DNA from: Candidatus Dormibacteria bacterium
GTDB taxonomy: Bacteria; Chloroflexota; Dormibacteria; DASZGP01
Reading direction: 5' to 3'
Length of the DNA: 64,000 nt
Assembly: GCA_046262455.1 (NCBI GenBank)
Contig: JBHEMS010000061.1
Location: forward strand, 51-64,050
Shown: piece by piece, positions 8,848 to 18,886 of the stretch
Numbering within the stretch: position 1 is the stretch's first letter
Layout of the letters: the number at the start of each line of letters is the position of its first letter
The notes under the pieces: model-generated
The model's database searches: none
Seen by the model: the letters and a program-made list of their open reading frames with translations, nothing else
What the model was told of the DNA's origin: nothing
Made by a program: the position numbers and the translations under genes

Positions 8848-9606
8848 CTAAACCGCCTGGCTCAGCCTTTCCAACTGCTCGGAGTCGATGTCGAAGTTGG
8901 CATAGACCTGCTGGGCGTCGTCGGAATCCTCCAGGGCCTCCATCAAACGCATCAGCTTTTCGACCTCGCGCTCATCGGTCACGGTAACGGTGTTCTCCGC
9001 CACCATGGTGAGCTCCGCCGACTCGATCTTGGCCTTCCCCTCCTCCAGGCCGACGCGGACCTTTTCGAAGTCCTCAGGCTCCGTCTCCACCTCCAGCTTG
9101 CCGTCGTTGACCTGCACATCGCTGGCGCCCAGCTCGATGACCTCCAGCGCCAGTTCGTCGGCGTCCTTGCCGCCGGGATCCGCGATGAGCACCCCCTTGC
9201 GCTTGAACTGCCAGCCGACCGCGCCCTGCTCGGCGACGCTGCCGCCGCCGCGCGTGAAGATGCTGCGGATGTCGCTGGCGGTGCGGTTGCGGTTGTCCGT
9301 CAGGCAGTCGACCATGATCGCGACGCCACCGGGGCCGTAGCCCTCATAGCGCAACTCCTCCAGCTGGGCGCCGCCACCCTCGCCGGTGCCGCGCTTGATG
9401 GCACGGTCGATGTTGTCGGCGGGCATATTGACCTCGCGGGCCTTCTGCACCGCGAGGCGGAGACGGAAGTTCCCGTTGATGTCGCCGCCGCCCTCCTTGG
9501 CGGCCATCGCCAGCTCACGCGCGGCCTTGGTGAAAAGCGCGCCCTTCTTGGCGTCGGTGGCCGCCTTCTTGTGCTTGATCGTCGACCATTTGCTATGTCC
9601 GGACAT
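8848..9606 (-). CDS. yebC: YebC/PmpR family DNA-binding transcriptional regulator
   Basis: MSGHSKWSTIKHKKAATDAKKG...NMPADNIDRAIKRGTGE. It has the typical position upstream of ruvC. Confidence 0.95.
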   Translation of the reverse strand: MSGHSKWSTIKHKKAATDAKKGALFTKAARELAMAAKEGGGDINGNFRLRLAVQKAREVNMPADNIDRAIKRGTGEGGGAQLEELRYEGYGPGGVAIMVDCLTDNRNRTASDIRSIFTRGGGSVAEQGAVGWQFKRKGVLIADPGGKDADELALEVIELGASDVQVNDGKLEVETEPEDFEKVRVGLEEGKAKIESAELTMVAENTVTVTDEREVEKLMRLMEALEDSDDAQQVYANFDIDSEQLERLSQAV

Positions 9607-9636
9607 GCCGCGAGTTTACCCAGCGCGAGGGGGAAT

Positions 9637-10824
9637 CTAGCCCTCGACCACCCGCGCGAAGTGGCGCTTGCCCACCTGGAGCACGGCGCCCGGGGTGGCG
9701 TCGAACTTGTAGTTGACGTCGGTCACCGGGCGCCCGTCCACCTTCACCCCGCCCTGGCTGATCAGGCGCCGGGCATCCGACAGACTCTTGGCCAGGCCCG
9801 TTTGCGCCAGGGCCGCGGCCACCGAACCCCGCTCCTCGAACCCGGAGACGGGAAACTCGCTCATCTTCTCGGGCATCGCGCCCTCCTTGAACTGGGAGGC
9901 GAAGGCCTCCTGGGCCTGGTCGGCCGCCCCGGCGTCGTGGAAGCGCGTGACGATGGCCCGCGCCAGGGCGATCTTGGCGTCCCGGGGGTTGGAGCCCGAG
10001 GCCATTGCCCCTTCGTGCGCGGTGACCTCGTCCTCCGGCATCCCGGCCGCGAGGCGCATGTAGCGCCCGATCAGCCCGTCGGGAACCGACATCAGCTTGC
10101 CGAACATCTCTGCCGGCGGATCGGTCACGCCAACGTAGTTTCCCAGCGACTTGCTCATCTTCTTGACGCCATCGAGCCCTTCCAGCAGGGGCATCGTCAC
10201 CACGTCCTGCGGTTCCTGCCCCGACTCACGCTGGAGGTCGCGGCCGAACATCAGGTTGAACAGCTGGTCTGTGCCACCCAGCTCCACGTCGGAATGGATC
10301 GCCACGGAGTCATAGCCCTGCATCAGCGGGTACATCAGCTCGTGCAGGCCGATCGGGCTGCCCGCTTCGATCCGCTTGCGGAAATCGTCCCGGGTGGTGA
10401 TCTGGGCCAGCGTGGCCTTCGACGCCAGGCGCAGCACCCCAGCGAGGTCAAGGTCCCCGTACCATTCCGACTGCCGCCGGACCTCCGTGAGGTCCCTGTC
10501 GAGCACCTTGAAGACCTGCTCGAGGTAGGTCGCGGCGTTGGCCTCGACTTCCTCCTCGCTCAGCGGCCGCCGAGTGACCGACTGGCCGCTGGGATCGCCG
10601 ATCCGCGCGGTGAAGTCGCCGATGATCAGGACCGCCTGGTGCCCCAGCTCCTGGAAGTCGCGGAGCTTGCCGAGCACCACGGTGTGGCCGAGGTGGATAT
10701 CCGGCGAAGAGGGATCGATACCCAGCTTCACCCGCAGGAACGCGCCCATCTGCAGGCGCTTCCTGAGGTGTTCGTCGATCTCGATGTTGACCGCGCCGCG
10801 AGCCGCCTTATCCCAATCGGACAT
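9637..10824 (-). CDS. tyrS: tyrosine--tRNA ligase
   Basis: HIGH motif (PDIHLGHTV), KMSKS (KKMSKSLGN) and a C-terminal S4-like domain (RRLISQGGVKVDGRPV). I place the start at ATG 10822-10824 (MSDWDKAARG). The 75-aa Arg-rich extension in the 470-aa track ORF has no homology. Confidence 0.93.
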   Translation of the reverse strand: MSDWDKAARGAVNIEIDEHLRKRLQMGAFLRVKLGIDPSSPDIHLGHTVVLGKLRDFQELGHQAVLIIGDFTARIGDPSGQSVTRRPLSEEEVEANAATYLEQVFKVLDRDLTEVRRQSEWYGDLDLAGVLRLASKATLAQITTRDDFRKRIEAGSPIGLHELMYPLMQGYDSVAIHSDVELGGTDQLFNLMFGRDLQRESGQEPQDVVTMPLLEGLDGVKKMSKSLGNYVGVTDPPAEMFGKLMSVPDGLIGRYMRLAAGMPEDEVTAHEGAMASGSNPRDAKIALARAIVTRFHDAGAADQAQEAFASQFKEGAMPEKMSEFPVSGFEERGSVAAALAQTGLAKSLSDARRLISQGGVKVDGRPVTDVNYKFDATPGAVLQVGKRHFARVVEG

Positions 10825-10876
10825 GGGGGGAAATATACGGACTGGCCTGCGAGGACCGGTTGATACCCTCAACTGA

Positions 10877-12982
10877 ATGCCGGGTCCCACGCGCCAACTC
10901 ACGTCCGCCGAGCGGCGCCGTCGCATGGAGATCATCGTCCGTGCCCGTGCCCGTCGCCGCCGAGCGCAGCGCAAGGCCGCATCTCTGCTGCTGGCGGTAA
11001 TGGCGCTGGTCACCTTTTCGGTGGCCGCCGAGGGGTTCGACCAGTACAACTACTACGCCTCCGACCTCCCCGACCCGGGCACCCTGAACCCGCAGAACCT
11101 GGCCCAGGCGACGCAGATCCTCGACCGTAATGGCAGGTTGCTCTACCTGCGCCACGGCGCCGAGATCCGCACCGTCGTCCCGCTCAGCAAGATGGCGCCG
11201 ATCCTTCGCAAGGCCACCATCGACCTCGAGGACCGCAACTTCTACCAGCACCACGGCCTGGACCTCCAGCGCCTGGCGGCGGCGGGTTTCGCCGACCTCA
11301 CCCACAGCGGGGTCCAGCAGGGTGCCAGCACCATCACCCAGCAGTTGGTCAAGCGCAAGTACCTGACCGGCGCCCAGACCCTCGACCGCAAGATCAAGGA
11401 GGCGCTGCTGGCCGGTGACATCGAGGGCCGGTATCCCAAGGAAACCATCCTCGAGGCGTACCTCAACGAGATCTTCTACGGCCACCAGGCCTACGGCATC
11501 GAGGCCGCCAGCCAGTTCTACTTCGCCAAGCACGCGTCGGAGCTCAACCTCAACGAGGCTTCGCTGCTGGCCGGCATTCCCCAGGCCCCAAGCGCTTACG
11601 ACCTACTGACGCCGGCGGGCCTGAAGCGCACCCGGGACCGTCAGAAGACAGTGCTTGATGCCATGGCCAACAATGGCGACATCACCGGCGAGCAGGTGCT
11701 TTTGACCGAAGCCGAACCCGTCGGCCTGCACGTCACCAAGCCCGACACGTCTTTCAATGCCCCGCACTTCGTCAACTATGTCCTCGACTACCTCCGCAAG
11801 CAGTACGGCTCTGAGCTGGTGGATGGTGGCGGGCTCAAGGTGACCACCTCGCTGGACCTCGGCATGCAGCAGAAGGCCGAGGCCATCGTCCGCAATGACG
11901 TGGCCCGCTTCGGCGGGTCGGGGGTGAACAACGGCGCGATGCTGGCGATGAACCCCACCACCGGCGAGATCCTGACCTATGTCGGCAGCGCGGACTTCAA
12001 CAACGACAGCATCGATGGGCAGTTCGACAACATCGACGGCGGCGGGTCCTCAACCTACATCGGCAGGCAGCCGGGCTCGTCGTTCAAGCCCTACGTTTAC
12101 CTGACCGCACTGTCGAACGGGTACACCACGACAACCCCCATCGAGGATCGCCAGGGAAACTATGGCGGAACCGTTTTCCACGATTTTGACAACCGCAGCG
12201 AGGGTGTCATCAGCGTGCGGCGGGCACTGGTGGAGTCCCGCAACATCCCGCCCATCCTGCTGATGCAGAACCTCGGTTTCCAACGGGTCCTGCAGACGGC
12301 CAAAACGCTGGGCATTTCGACCAACCTGAAGCCGGAACTGGGCACCGCGATCGGTTCCAGCGAAGTCAGGATGCTGGAACACGCGTCGGCCTACGGGGTG
12401 TTCGCCACCCAGGGGATCTACCGGCCTCCGGCGCCCGTCCTGAAGGTCGAGGACGCCTCCGGCAACACGATTTTCAAGCTCAAGGACCGCGGTCGCAGGG
12501 TCATCAGCCCCCAGCCGGCCTACGTCCTCAACGACATTCTTTTGGGGTACGCGCGGCAGTGGGGCCTCAACCTCATCGGCCCCGCCGCCGGGAAATCGGG
12601 GACTACCGACGACAGCGCCGACCTCTGGTACATGGGATACACCCCGGACCTCGTCGTGGGAACGTGGATGGCACACACCGGCCACAGACCCGATGGCACC
12701 TCGATCGGCCGGTACCCATTGCCCGGTCTCTACGGTGTGACCACGTCGGCCTACATGTTCAAGGACTTCCTGCCCGTGTACTACGCGGGCCGCCAGATCC
12801 CGACGTTCCAGCGGCCACCGGGGATCCAGGGCGGGACCACTAGCTGCAAGGAACCCGCCAAGCAGCCCAACGCCCCGATTGGGCAGAACCAGGCCCCCAT
12901 CAGCGTCAGCTGCAGCGGCGGCGATCTCAAGATCGAGGGTGCTGCGGATGCTCCCGGGCTCAGGGCTCCAGCCGGAACCTGA
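10877..12982 (+). CDS. class A penicillin-binding protein (bifunctional transglycosylase/transpeptidase)
   Basis: GT51 motifs EDRNFYQHHGLD and GASTITQQLVK. Transpeptidase motifs SSFKP (SxxK), SRN and KSGTT. It has an Arg-rich cytoplasmic N-terminus followed by one TM segment. Confidence 0.92.
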   Translation: MPGPTRQLTSAERRRRMEIIVRARARRRRAQRKAASLLLAVMALVTFSVAAEGFDQYNYYASDLPDPGTLNPQNLAQATQILDRNGRLLYLRHGAEIRTVVPLSKMAPILRKATIDLEDRNFYQHHGLDLQRLAAAGFADLTHSGVQQGASTITQQLVKRKYLTGAQTLDRKIKEALLAGDIEGRYPKETILEAYLNEIFYGHQAYGIEAASQFYFAKHASELNLNEASLLAGIPQAPSAYDLLTPAGLKRTRDRQKTVLDAMANNGDITGEQVLLTEAEPVGLHVTKPDTSFNAPHFVNYVLDYLRKQYGSELVDGGGLKVTTSLDLGMQQKAEAIVRNDVARFGGSGVNNGAMLAMNPTTGEILTYVGSADFNNDSIDGQFDNIDGGGSSTYIGRQPGSSFKPYVYLTALSNGYTTTTPIEDRQGNYGGTVFHDFDNRSEGVISVRRALVESRNIPPILLMQNLGFQRVLQTAKTLGISTNLKPELGTAIGSSEVRMLEHASAYGVFATQGIYRPPAPVLKVEDASGNTIFKLKDRGRRVISPQPAYVLNDILLGYARQWGLNLIGPAAGKSGTTDDSADLWYMGYTPDLVVGTWMAHTGHRPDGTSIGRYPLPGLYGVTTSAYMFKDFLPVYYAGRQIPTFQRPPGIQGGTTSCKEPAKQPNAPIGQNQAPISVSCSGGDLKIEGAADAPGLRAPAGT

Positions 12983-13520
12983 GGGGGAGGTCGGCCGCCT
13001 GCCGGATCCCCACCCGCGGTCCCACCAGGACGCTTTTGGCAGGCGCCTCGGCGGCGGCAAGGATCCTGAGGTCGCTGGTGGCGAGATCGTAGCCATTCAT
13101 CGCCAGGGTGATGCCGAGCGCCTGGCAGAGCAGGCCCGGGCCTCGCAGGCGTGACGCCGGCAGCGCCACCGGCGTCACTGCTGGGCTGTCCCCAGTCTCC
13201 GGACGCAGGGCCCGAATCAGGACCGCGGCACCGGTTCCCTCCGGCTCGGTGACCGCGTTCAAACAGTGGTGCATGCCGTAGACGAAGTAGACGTAGGCCA
13301 CACCGGGTGGTCCGAACATGATCCTGGAGCGGGGGGTGGGGCCGCGGTGAGAGTGGCTGGCAGGGTCGTTCAAGCCGAGGTACGCCTCGGTCTCCGTGAT
13401 CGTGCCCCCCACCCAGCCGCCGTCACGGCGGATGGCGACCACCTTGCCCAGGAGCTCGCGCGCCACAAGTGGCGTCGGCCGGGCGAAGAATGCCTGCCGT
13501 AGCGCCGGCCCCGGGCTCAG
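12960..13520 (-). CDS. mpg: DNA-3-methyladenine glycosylase (Mpg/AAG family)
   Basis: FFARPTPLVARELLGKVV...GTITETEAYLG..DPASHSHRGPTPRSRIMFGPPGVAYVYFVYGMHHCLN. The start is uncertain. Homology begins just after the cvpA stop, where the only candidate is CTG 13518-13520. The track start at 13685 would overlap cvpA by 158 nt. Confidence 0.8.
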   Translation of the reverse strand: MSPGPALRQAFFARPTPLVARELLGKVVAIRRDGGWVGGTITETEAYLGLNDPASHSHRGPTPRSRIMFGPPGVAYVYFVYGMHHCLNAVTEPEGTGAAVLIRALRPETGDSPAVTPVALPASRLRGPGLLCQALGITLAMNGYDLATSDLRILAAAEAPAKSVLVGPRVGIRQAADLPLRFRLEP

Positions 13521-13527
13521 CCCTCGA

Positions 13528-14079
13528 TCAGGTGAACGTCTTGGCGAAGTAGGTCCTGGGCTCCGGCGGCAGGACCGGGCGGAAGAGGAACAGCGAAGCC
13601 CTCTCCGCCTTCCTGACCTGCTTGACCAGGAAGGATTGGCTGACCTGCTCCTGGGATGAGCTGATGATCGCCGCCTGGCTTCCACCCGTCGGCAGCTGCG
13701 TGTTGACCAGCTGGCCGAAGAGGTAGAGGACGATCGCCAGCTCCAGCACCGATGTCACCAGGGCGAGCAGGACCCCGAAAACGCGATCCCCCAGCAGTGA
13801 GGACATGAAGCCCAACGCGTCGGCGTACGCGAAGCCGAGGACCTCCGCCACGACGATCATCCCGACCAGGATTGCCAGGAACACGCCGAAGTGCGCCGAC
13901 GCCGGGCTCGGGCCGGAGTTGTAACCGAACTGCTCTGAGAACCCCGGGCTCAGTGCCTGGGCCAGGAGCATGCCGAGGAAAAAGGCCCCCAGTTGGAGCA
14001 CGCGCCGGAAAAGCCCATACCGGAATCCCAGGAAGACATTGAGCAGGACGTACAGCACGATGACCGCGTCGAAGAACAC
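13528..14079 (-). CDS. cvpA: CvpA family membrane protein
   Basis: 183-aa ORF with four predicted TM helices. The N-terminus MFFDAVIVLYVLLNVFLGFRYGLFRRVLQLGAFFLG is typical of colicin V production protein CvpA. Confidence 0.8.
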   Translation of the reverse strand: MFFDAVIVLYVLLNVFLGFRYGLFRRVLQLGAFFLGMLLAQALSPGFSEQFGYNSGPSPASAHFGVFLAILVGMIVVAEVLGFAYADALGFMSSLLGDRVFGVLLALVTSVLELAIVLYLFGQLVNTQLPTGGSQAAIISSSQEQVSQSFLVKQVRKAERASLFLFRPVLPPEPRTYFAKTFT

Positions 14080-14080
14080 C

Positions 14081-16456
14081 TCAGGTCCTCAGCGTGGCCG
14101 CGAAGCGGTCCTCAAGCAAACGGCGTAGCCGCATCTCGACCTCGGCCACCTCCTCACCGGTGAGGGTGCGCTCGTCGGACTGGAACGACAGGCGGAAAGC
14201 AAGGCCCTTGCGCCCCTCCTCCACCTGGTTGCCGTGGTACTCGTCGAACAATTCCACGGTGCGCAGGATAACCCCTCCGGCGCTGGTGAGAGCCTCGATC
14301 ACGTCGCGGGCCGGCGTCAGGTCTGGAACAGCGACAGCGAGGTCGCGAGCCACCTCGGGGAACCTCGAGGGCGTCCGGTAGCGGAGGTGCCTGGGCTGAG
14401 CGAGGAGCGCCTCGAGGTCGATCTCCCCCACGATCACCGCGCCCGGGACATCCAGGGCGCGCCCCAAACCGGGGTGGAGCTGACCCAGGCAACCGATCTC
14501 GCGGCCGGCAAGGCTGACGGTCGCGGCGCGCCCGGGATGCAGCCCACGGACCTCCCCCTGGATGTAATCCAGTTGGAGCGGGCAGGCGTCTGCGGCGAGG
14601 AGATCGAACAGGCCCTTGAGCGCCAGCAATGCCCGGCGTACACCCTGCTCCGACGAGGCGCGGCCGGCGGGCAGGTGCGCCGCCGCGCCGACCACGCGGG
14701 GCTCCCGCGGCAGCTCCTCGTTCCCCTGGGGCCAGAACACGCGGGCCAGCTCGAAGACGGCAGCGCCCCCGTTGCCGACAGCGACGTTGCGCGCCACCGT
14801 TCGCGACAGGCCCCAGAGACTTGATGTTCGCAGTTCGCCCTGGTCCCGCGACATCGGGTTGCTGAGGCGCAGGCGCTCCCCCGGGAACACCCCCACGGCC
14901 GGGTCCTCGGGGCCGGCGAACGACGAGGTGATGACCTCGTCATAGCCGGCGCCCATCGCGATGTCCCGCGCGCGCCACTCCGGGTCCGGCGGGGGCAGAA
15001 CGGCGCCCAACTGGCCCCCACGCCCCGGCAGGGTCGACGGGAGCGTGTTGTAGCCGCGCAGCCGGCCCACCTCCTCGACCACGTCCACAGCGCCCCGGAC
15101 GTCGCGGCGGAAGTACGGCTGCAGTACCCTCAGGCCCGTCCCCGAGCGATCCACTTCGAACTGCAGCGACTCCAACGTGCCCGCGACCTCATCGTCTGTG
15201 ACGGCCACTCCCAGCAGCCGGCCGACAGAGCCGGTCGCCACTTCGATAGGCTGCTCAGGAACGCGACCCGGGTAGATATCCGTCGGCGTCGACGAGGGTC
15301 CCGAGACCGCCACCTGCTGCAGCAACGCCGCCAGGCGCGCGGCTGCCCCGGCCGGGAGCTCGGGACTGAGTTGCTTCTCGAAGCGCGTGGACGCCTCGGT
15401 GCGCAGGGCCAGCCGGCGGCTGGTATTGCGGACACTCACGCCGCGAAAGTTGGCAGCCTCGATAAGCACACTGGCGGTCGCCGAGGACACAGCACTGTCG
15501 GCCCCGCCGATGATCCCCGCGATCGCCACAGCACGACGATGGTCGGCGATCACCAGGTCGTCCTCGCCCAACGTGCGCGTGCGGCCATCGAGGCATGCGA
15601 TCTCCTCGCCCGCCCCCGCGCGCCGGACCACGATGCCACCGTCGAGCCTGGCCGCGTCGAACGCGTGCAGCGGCTGACCGGTCTCGAACATGACGTAGTT
15701 GCCGGCATCCACCACGTTGTTGATGGGCTTCTGCCCCACCGCCCGGAGGCGGCGCTGAAGCCAGGCGGGTGACGGGCCGACGGCGACGTCGCCGACATGC
15801 CTCGCCTGGTACCGGGCGCAAAGCTCCGGCTCCCGGACCTCCACCGACAGGGGGCAGGCGGCCGCTGTTTCGCGCGGGGGCGCCGGCTGTTCCCGGAGCG
15901 GGCGATGCAGCAGCGCGGAGAGCTCCCGCGCGATTCCCAGGTGGCACATCAGGTCGGGCCGGTTGGTGGTCAGCTCGACGACCATCACCTCATCCGGGGG
16001 CATCAGCTCCGCCAACGGCATCCCCGTCGGGCCGTCGGTGCCGAGCACCAGCAGGCCGTCGGCCTCGGCCGAGATGCCCAGCTCGACCGGGCTACAGGCC
16101 ATGCCCTGGGACGTCACCCCCTTGAAGCGGCGTTCGCCTATTTCCATACCGGTCGGCAGCGTGGTTCCCGGGGACGCCCAGGCGAGCAGGTCACCAGCGC
16201 GCAGGTTGGGCGCGCCCGAGACGATTTCGACCTCCCGGTCCCCCACCTCCAAACTCGCCCGCCGCACGATGTCCGCTCCGGGTATGGCCGAGACCTCGAG
16301 GACGCGCGCTACCAATACCCCATCCCACCCGGCGCCAAGACGCACCACCCGCTCGACCTCGGTTCCCGACAGCGTCAGCCGGTCGGCGAGGTCGGCGGCC
16401 GATTCCGGCAGGTCGATGTACTCGCGCAGCCAGTCCATGGAGATCCTCAGTGGCAC
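14081..16456 (-). CDS. pheT: phenylalanine--tRNA ligase beta subunit
   Basis: 791 aa, beginning MPLRISMDWLREYIDLP. It has a tRNA-binding domain, B3/4 and B5 domains, and the C-terminal FDEYHG...GRKGLAFRLSFQS. Confidence 0.97.
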   Translation of the reverse strand: MPLRISMDWLREYIDLPESAADLADRLTLSGTEVERVVRLGAGWDGVLVARVLEVSAIPGADIVRRASLEVGDREVEIVSGAPNLRAGDLLAWASPGTTLPTGMEIGERRFKGVTSQGMACSPVELGISAEADGLLVLGTDGPTGMPLAELMPPDEVMVVELTTNRPDLMCHLGIARELSALLHRPLREQPAPPRETAAACPLSVEVREPELCARYQARHVGDVAVGPSPAWLQRRLRAVGQKPINNVVDAGNYVMFETGQPLHAFDAARLDGGIVVRRAGAGEEIACLDGRTRTLGEDDLVIADHRRAVAIAGIIGGADSAVSSATASVLIEAANFRGVSVRNTSRRLALRTEASTRFEKQLSPELPAGAAARLAALLQQVAVSGPSSTPTDIYPGRVPEQPIEVATGSVGRLLGVAVTDDEVAGTLESLQFEVDRSGTGLRVLQPYFRRDVRGAVDVVEEVGRLRGYNTLPSTLPGRGGQLGAVLPPPDPEWRARDIAMGAGYDEVITSSFAGPEDPAVGVFPGERLRLSNPMSRDQGELRTSSLWGLSRTVARNVAVGNGGAAVFELARVFWPQGNEELPREPRVVGAAAHLPAGRASSEQGVRRALLALKGLFDLLAADACPLQLDYIQGEVRGLHPGRAATVSLAGREIGCLGQLHPGLGRALDVPGAVIVGEIDLEALLAQPRHLRYRTPSRFPEVARDLAVAVPDLTPARDVIEALTSAGGVILRTVELFDEYHGNQVEEGRKGLAFRLSFQSDERTLTGEEVAEVEMRLRRLLEDRFAATLRT

Positions 16457-16466
16457 AGGTGAATCC

Positions 16467-17558
16467 TCAGAACTGCCTGATCATCCGCACGTCGTTCTCG
16501 AAGAGCGCGCGCAGGTCATCGATACCGTACTTGAGCATCGCCACCCGGTCGATGCCGCACCCAAAGGCGAAACCGCTGTACCGCTCCGGGTCCACCCCGC
16601 CGTAGCGCAGGACGTTGGGGTGCACCATGCCCGAGCCGAGGATCTCGATCCAACCGCTGTGCCGGCAGAGTACACAGCCCGAGCCGTCGCACTGCATACA
16701 ACTGACATGCACCTCCAGGCTGGGCTCCGTAAAGGGGAAATGATCGGGCCGGAGGCGGATCCGCCGATCGTCGCCGAACATCGCCCGGGCGAAATACTCG
16801 AGGGTGCCCTTGAGGTCGGCCACCGTGACGCCCTCGTCCACGAGCAGCCCCTCGACCTGGTGGAACATCGGCACGTGCGTGGCGTCGTTGTCGCGACGGT
16901 AGGTCTTGCCTGGGATGATCACCTTCAGCGGCGGCGGGTGCGCCTCCATGTAACGCACCTGCATCGGCGACGTGTGGGGCCGGAGCACGATCCTGGACTC
17001 CGCCGCGACCTCCGGCGTCCCGGGGGGACCCTGCGCCGCCGCCGTGGTGTCGATGAAGAACGTATCGAAGCCATCGCGCGCGGGGTGGCCGGCGGGCATG
17101 TTCAGCGCCTCGAAGCTGTAGTAGTCGGTCTCCACCTCAGGGCCGTGCGCCACGTCGTAGCCAAGGCCACGAAAGATGTCCTCTATCTCGCGCCAGACCC
17201 GGGTGACCGGGTGGGGGTGGCCCCGGCGCGGCGGCTGGCCGGGAAATGTCAGGTCGATGGCCTCGGCAGCGGCCAGCGTTCCCGCGCCGGTGTCGCGCAG
17301 GGCATCGCGCCGCTCGTCCAGCGCTTCCTGGATGGCCCGCTTGACCCTGTTGAGCAGGGCGCCGACCTCGCGCCGCTCCTCCGCCGGCAGCGAGCCGATG
17401 GCCGCGAGCTCGAGGGTCAGCGGCGCCTTGCGGCCCAAAAACTGGACCCGCAGCTCTTCCAGCGACGGCTCATCCGCCGCCCCCGCGATGCGCCCGAGGG
17501 CGCTGTCGAGGAGTTCCCTGCCGTGTCTTTCCGGGTCCAGTCCTAGACTGCCGGTCAA
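16467..17558 (-). CDS. pheS: phenylalanine--tRNA ligase alpha subunit
   Basis: 363 aa with class II core [22 protein letters not shown] and [20 protein letters not shown]. There is a 4-nt overlap with the rplT stop. Confidence 0.97.
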   Translation of the reverse strand: MTGSLGLDPERHGRELLDSALGRIAGAADEPSLEELRVQFLGRKAPLTLELAAIGSLPAEERREVGALLNRVKRAIQEALDERRDALRDTGAGTLAAAEAIDLTFPGQPPRRGHPHPVTRVWREIEDIFRGLGYDVAHGPEVETDYYSFEALNMPAGHPARDGFDTFFIDTTAAAQGPPGTPEVAAESRIVLRPHTSPMQVRYMEAHPPPLKVIIPGKTYRRDNDATHVPMFHQVEGLLVDEGVTVADLKGTLEYFARAMFGDDRRIRLRPDHFPFTEPSLEVHVSCMQCDGSGCVLCRHSGWIEILGSGMVHPNVLRYGGVDPERYSGFAFGCGIDRVAMLKYGIDDLRALFENDVRMIRQF

Positions 17559-17926
17559 CCTGCCTGGGCGGCGGTCGCCGCCGTGCGGGCCACGTCGACC
17601 AGCTGGCTGAAGTGCGCCTGGTCCCGGACCGCGAGGTCGGCGAGGACCTTGCGGTCGATCTCCACGCCCGCGGCCTTGAGCCCGAAGGTCAGGGTGCTGT
17701 AGGTCATGCCGTTGAGACGGGCAGCGGCGTTGATGCGTGCGATCCAGAGGCGGCGCATATCCCGCTTCTTGTTGCGACGATCGCGGTACTGGTACGCCAG
17801 CGAGTGCATGACTGCCTCGTTGGCAACCTTGAACAGTTCGCTCCGGGACCCGGACATGCCCTCCGCGCGGTCAAGGACCTTCTTGTGTCGGGCGTGGGCG
17901 GTGACGCCCCTCTTCACTCTCGGCAT
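17555..17926 (-). CDS. rplT: 50S ribosomal protein L20
   Basis: [18 protein letters not shown]...[27 protein letters not shown]. Confidence 0.98.
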   Translation of the reverse strand: MPRVKRGVTAHARHKKVLDRAEGMSGSRSELFKVANEAVMHSLAYQYRDRRNKKRDMRRLWIARINAAARLNGMTYSTLTFGLKAAGVEIDRKVLADLAVRDQAHFSQLVDVARTAATAAQAG

Positions 17927-17944
17927 TGCAAAGTCCTCCGGGTA

Positions 17945-18145
17945 CTACAGGTAGGGGGCGATCTTCTTGATCGTCTTGGCTTCGGTCTTGGCCACCACGA
18001 CTTTGTCGCCGGTGAAGGCGCGCTTGCGCTTCGCAGACTTCTTCTCGAGCATGTGGCTCTGCTGCGAGTGGCGGCCGACGACCTTACCGGTCGCGGTCAC
18101 CTTGAACCGCTTGGCGGTTCCCTTGTGGGTTCTGATCTTCGGCAT
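17945..18145 (-). CDS. rpmI: 50S ribosomal protein L35
   Basis: MPKIRTHKGTAKRFKVTATGKV, 66 aa, located between infC and rplT. Confidence 0.96.
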   Translation of the reverse strand: MPKIRTHKGTAKRFKVTATGKVVGRHSQQSHMLEKKSAKRKRAFTGDKVVVAKTEAKTIKKIAPYL

Positions 18146-18157
18146 CTTTGGTGCTCC

Positions 18158-18820
18158 TCAGTTGGACGGGGCGGGGGTCCTGGGCTTTGGCGCGGTGCTC
18201 CTGGTCTGGGCCGGTGCTGCCGGGGGGGCCGCCGGGGCCGGCGCGGCGGTCGCGACCGGCGTGGGCTCCTCGGACCTACCTGTCTCGACCCTGGGGGACT
18301 CGCCGGCCTTGGCTAGCGGGCCCATGATCTGGCTCATGTTCTTGCCTTCGACCAAGGGGTTACGCTCCACGTGCGCCACGTCGGCGAGGTCCCTGGCCAG
18401 GTTATCGAGGATCTTTCTCCCGATGTCTTGGTGGACCATCTCCCGACCCCGGAACCAGATGGTCACCTTGACCTTGTCGCCTTCGACGAGGAACTCGCGC
18501 ACTCGCTTGAGCTTGGTCTGGTAATCGCCTGGCCCGATCTTGGGCCGGAAGTTCATCTGCTTCATCTTGCCGCCGGCCTGCTTGCGGCGGGATTCCTGCT
18601 CTCGCTTGTGAGCGTCGAATCGGAATCTCCCGTAGTCCATGAACCGGCAGACCGGGGGGCTGGCCTGTGGAGCCACTTCGACCAGGTCGAGTTCCTTCTC
18701 CTGCGCGATCTGGCGGGCGCGGTCCGTGGGCATGACACCCAATTGCTCGTTGCGCTCGTCGATCACCCGGACCTGGGGAACCCGGATCTGCTCGTTTATC
18801 CTCAGTTCCTTAAAGCTGAT
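18158..18820 (-). CDS. infC: translation initiation factor IF-3 (non-canonical ATC start)
   Basis: The track ORF starts at GTG 18766 (VIDERNEQLG). The conserved IF-3 N-terminus INEQIRVPQVRVID lies upstream in frame. An in-frame stop lies at 18833-18835. ATC at 18818-18820 is preceded by GGGAG about 8 nt upstream. The protein has a C-terminal Pro/Ala-rich tail of about 45 aa. Confidence 0.9.
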   Translation of the reverse strand: MSFKELRINEQIRVPQVRVIDERNEQLGVMPTDRARQIAQEKELDLVEVAPQASPPVCRFMDYGRFRFDAHKREQESRRKQAGGKMKQMNFRPKIGPGDYQTKLKRVREFLVEGDKVKVTIWFRGREMVHQDIGRKILDNLARDLADVAHVERNPLVEGKNMSQIMGPLAKAGESPRVETGRSEEPTPVATAAPAPAAPPAAPAQTRSTAPKPRTPAPSN

Positions 18821-18857
18821 ATACGTTTCTCCCTATCCCGGTCGGCCTGTCCGGGGC

Positions 18858-18886
18858 AAAAAAAGAACGGACAGCCGAAGCCATCC
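18858..18886 (-). terminator. intrinsic terminator-like hairpin plus U-tract inside the infC leader (candidate attenuator)
   Basis: The minus-strand RNA reads GGAUGGC-UUCG-GCUGUCC followed by GUUCUUUUUUU. The element ends only 37 nt before the infC start codon. Confidence 0.55.

Noticed and set aside
10825-11049. The track ORFs carry N-terminal extensions for tyrS (75 aa), and similarly for rimP, ylxR, the MFS transporter, VOC, scpA, scpB, nadK, phoH2, nadE and the GMC oxidoreductase.
   Set aside because: The extensions are Arg/Ser/Pro-rich and lack homology. They overlap the neighbouring gene, and better-placed internal starts exist, often forming 1-8-nt stop/start junctions.
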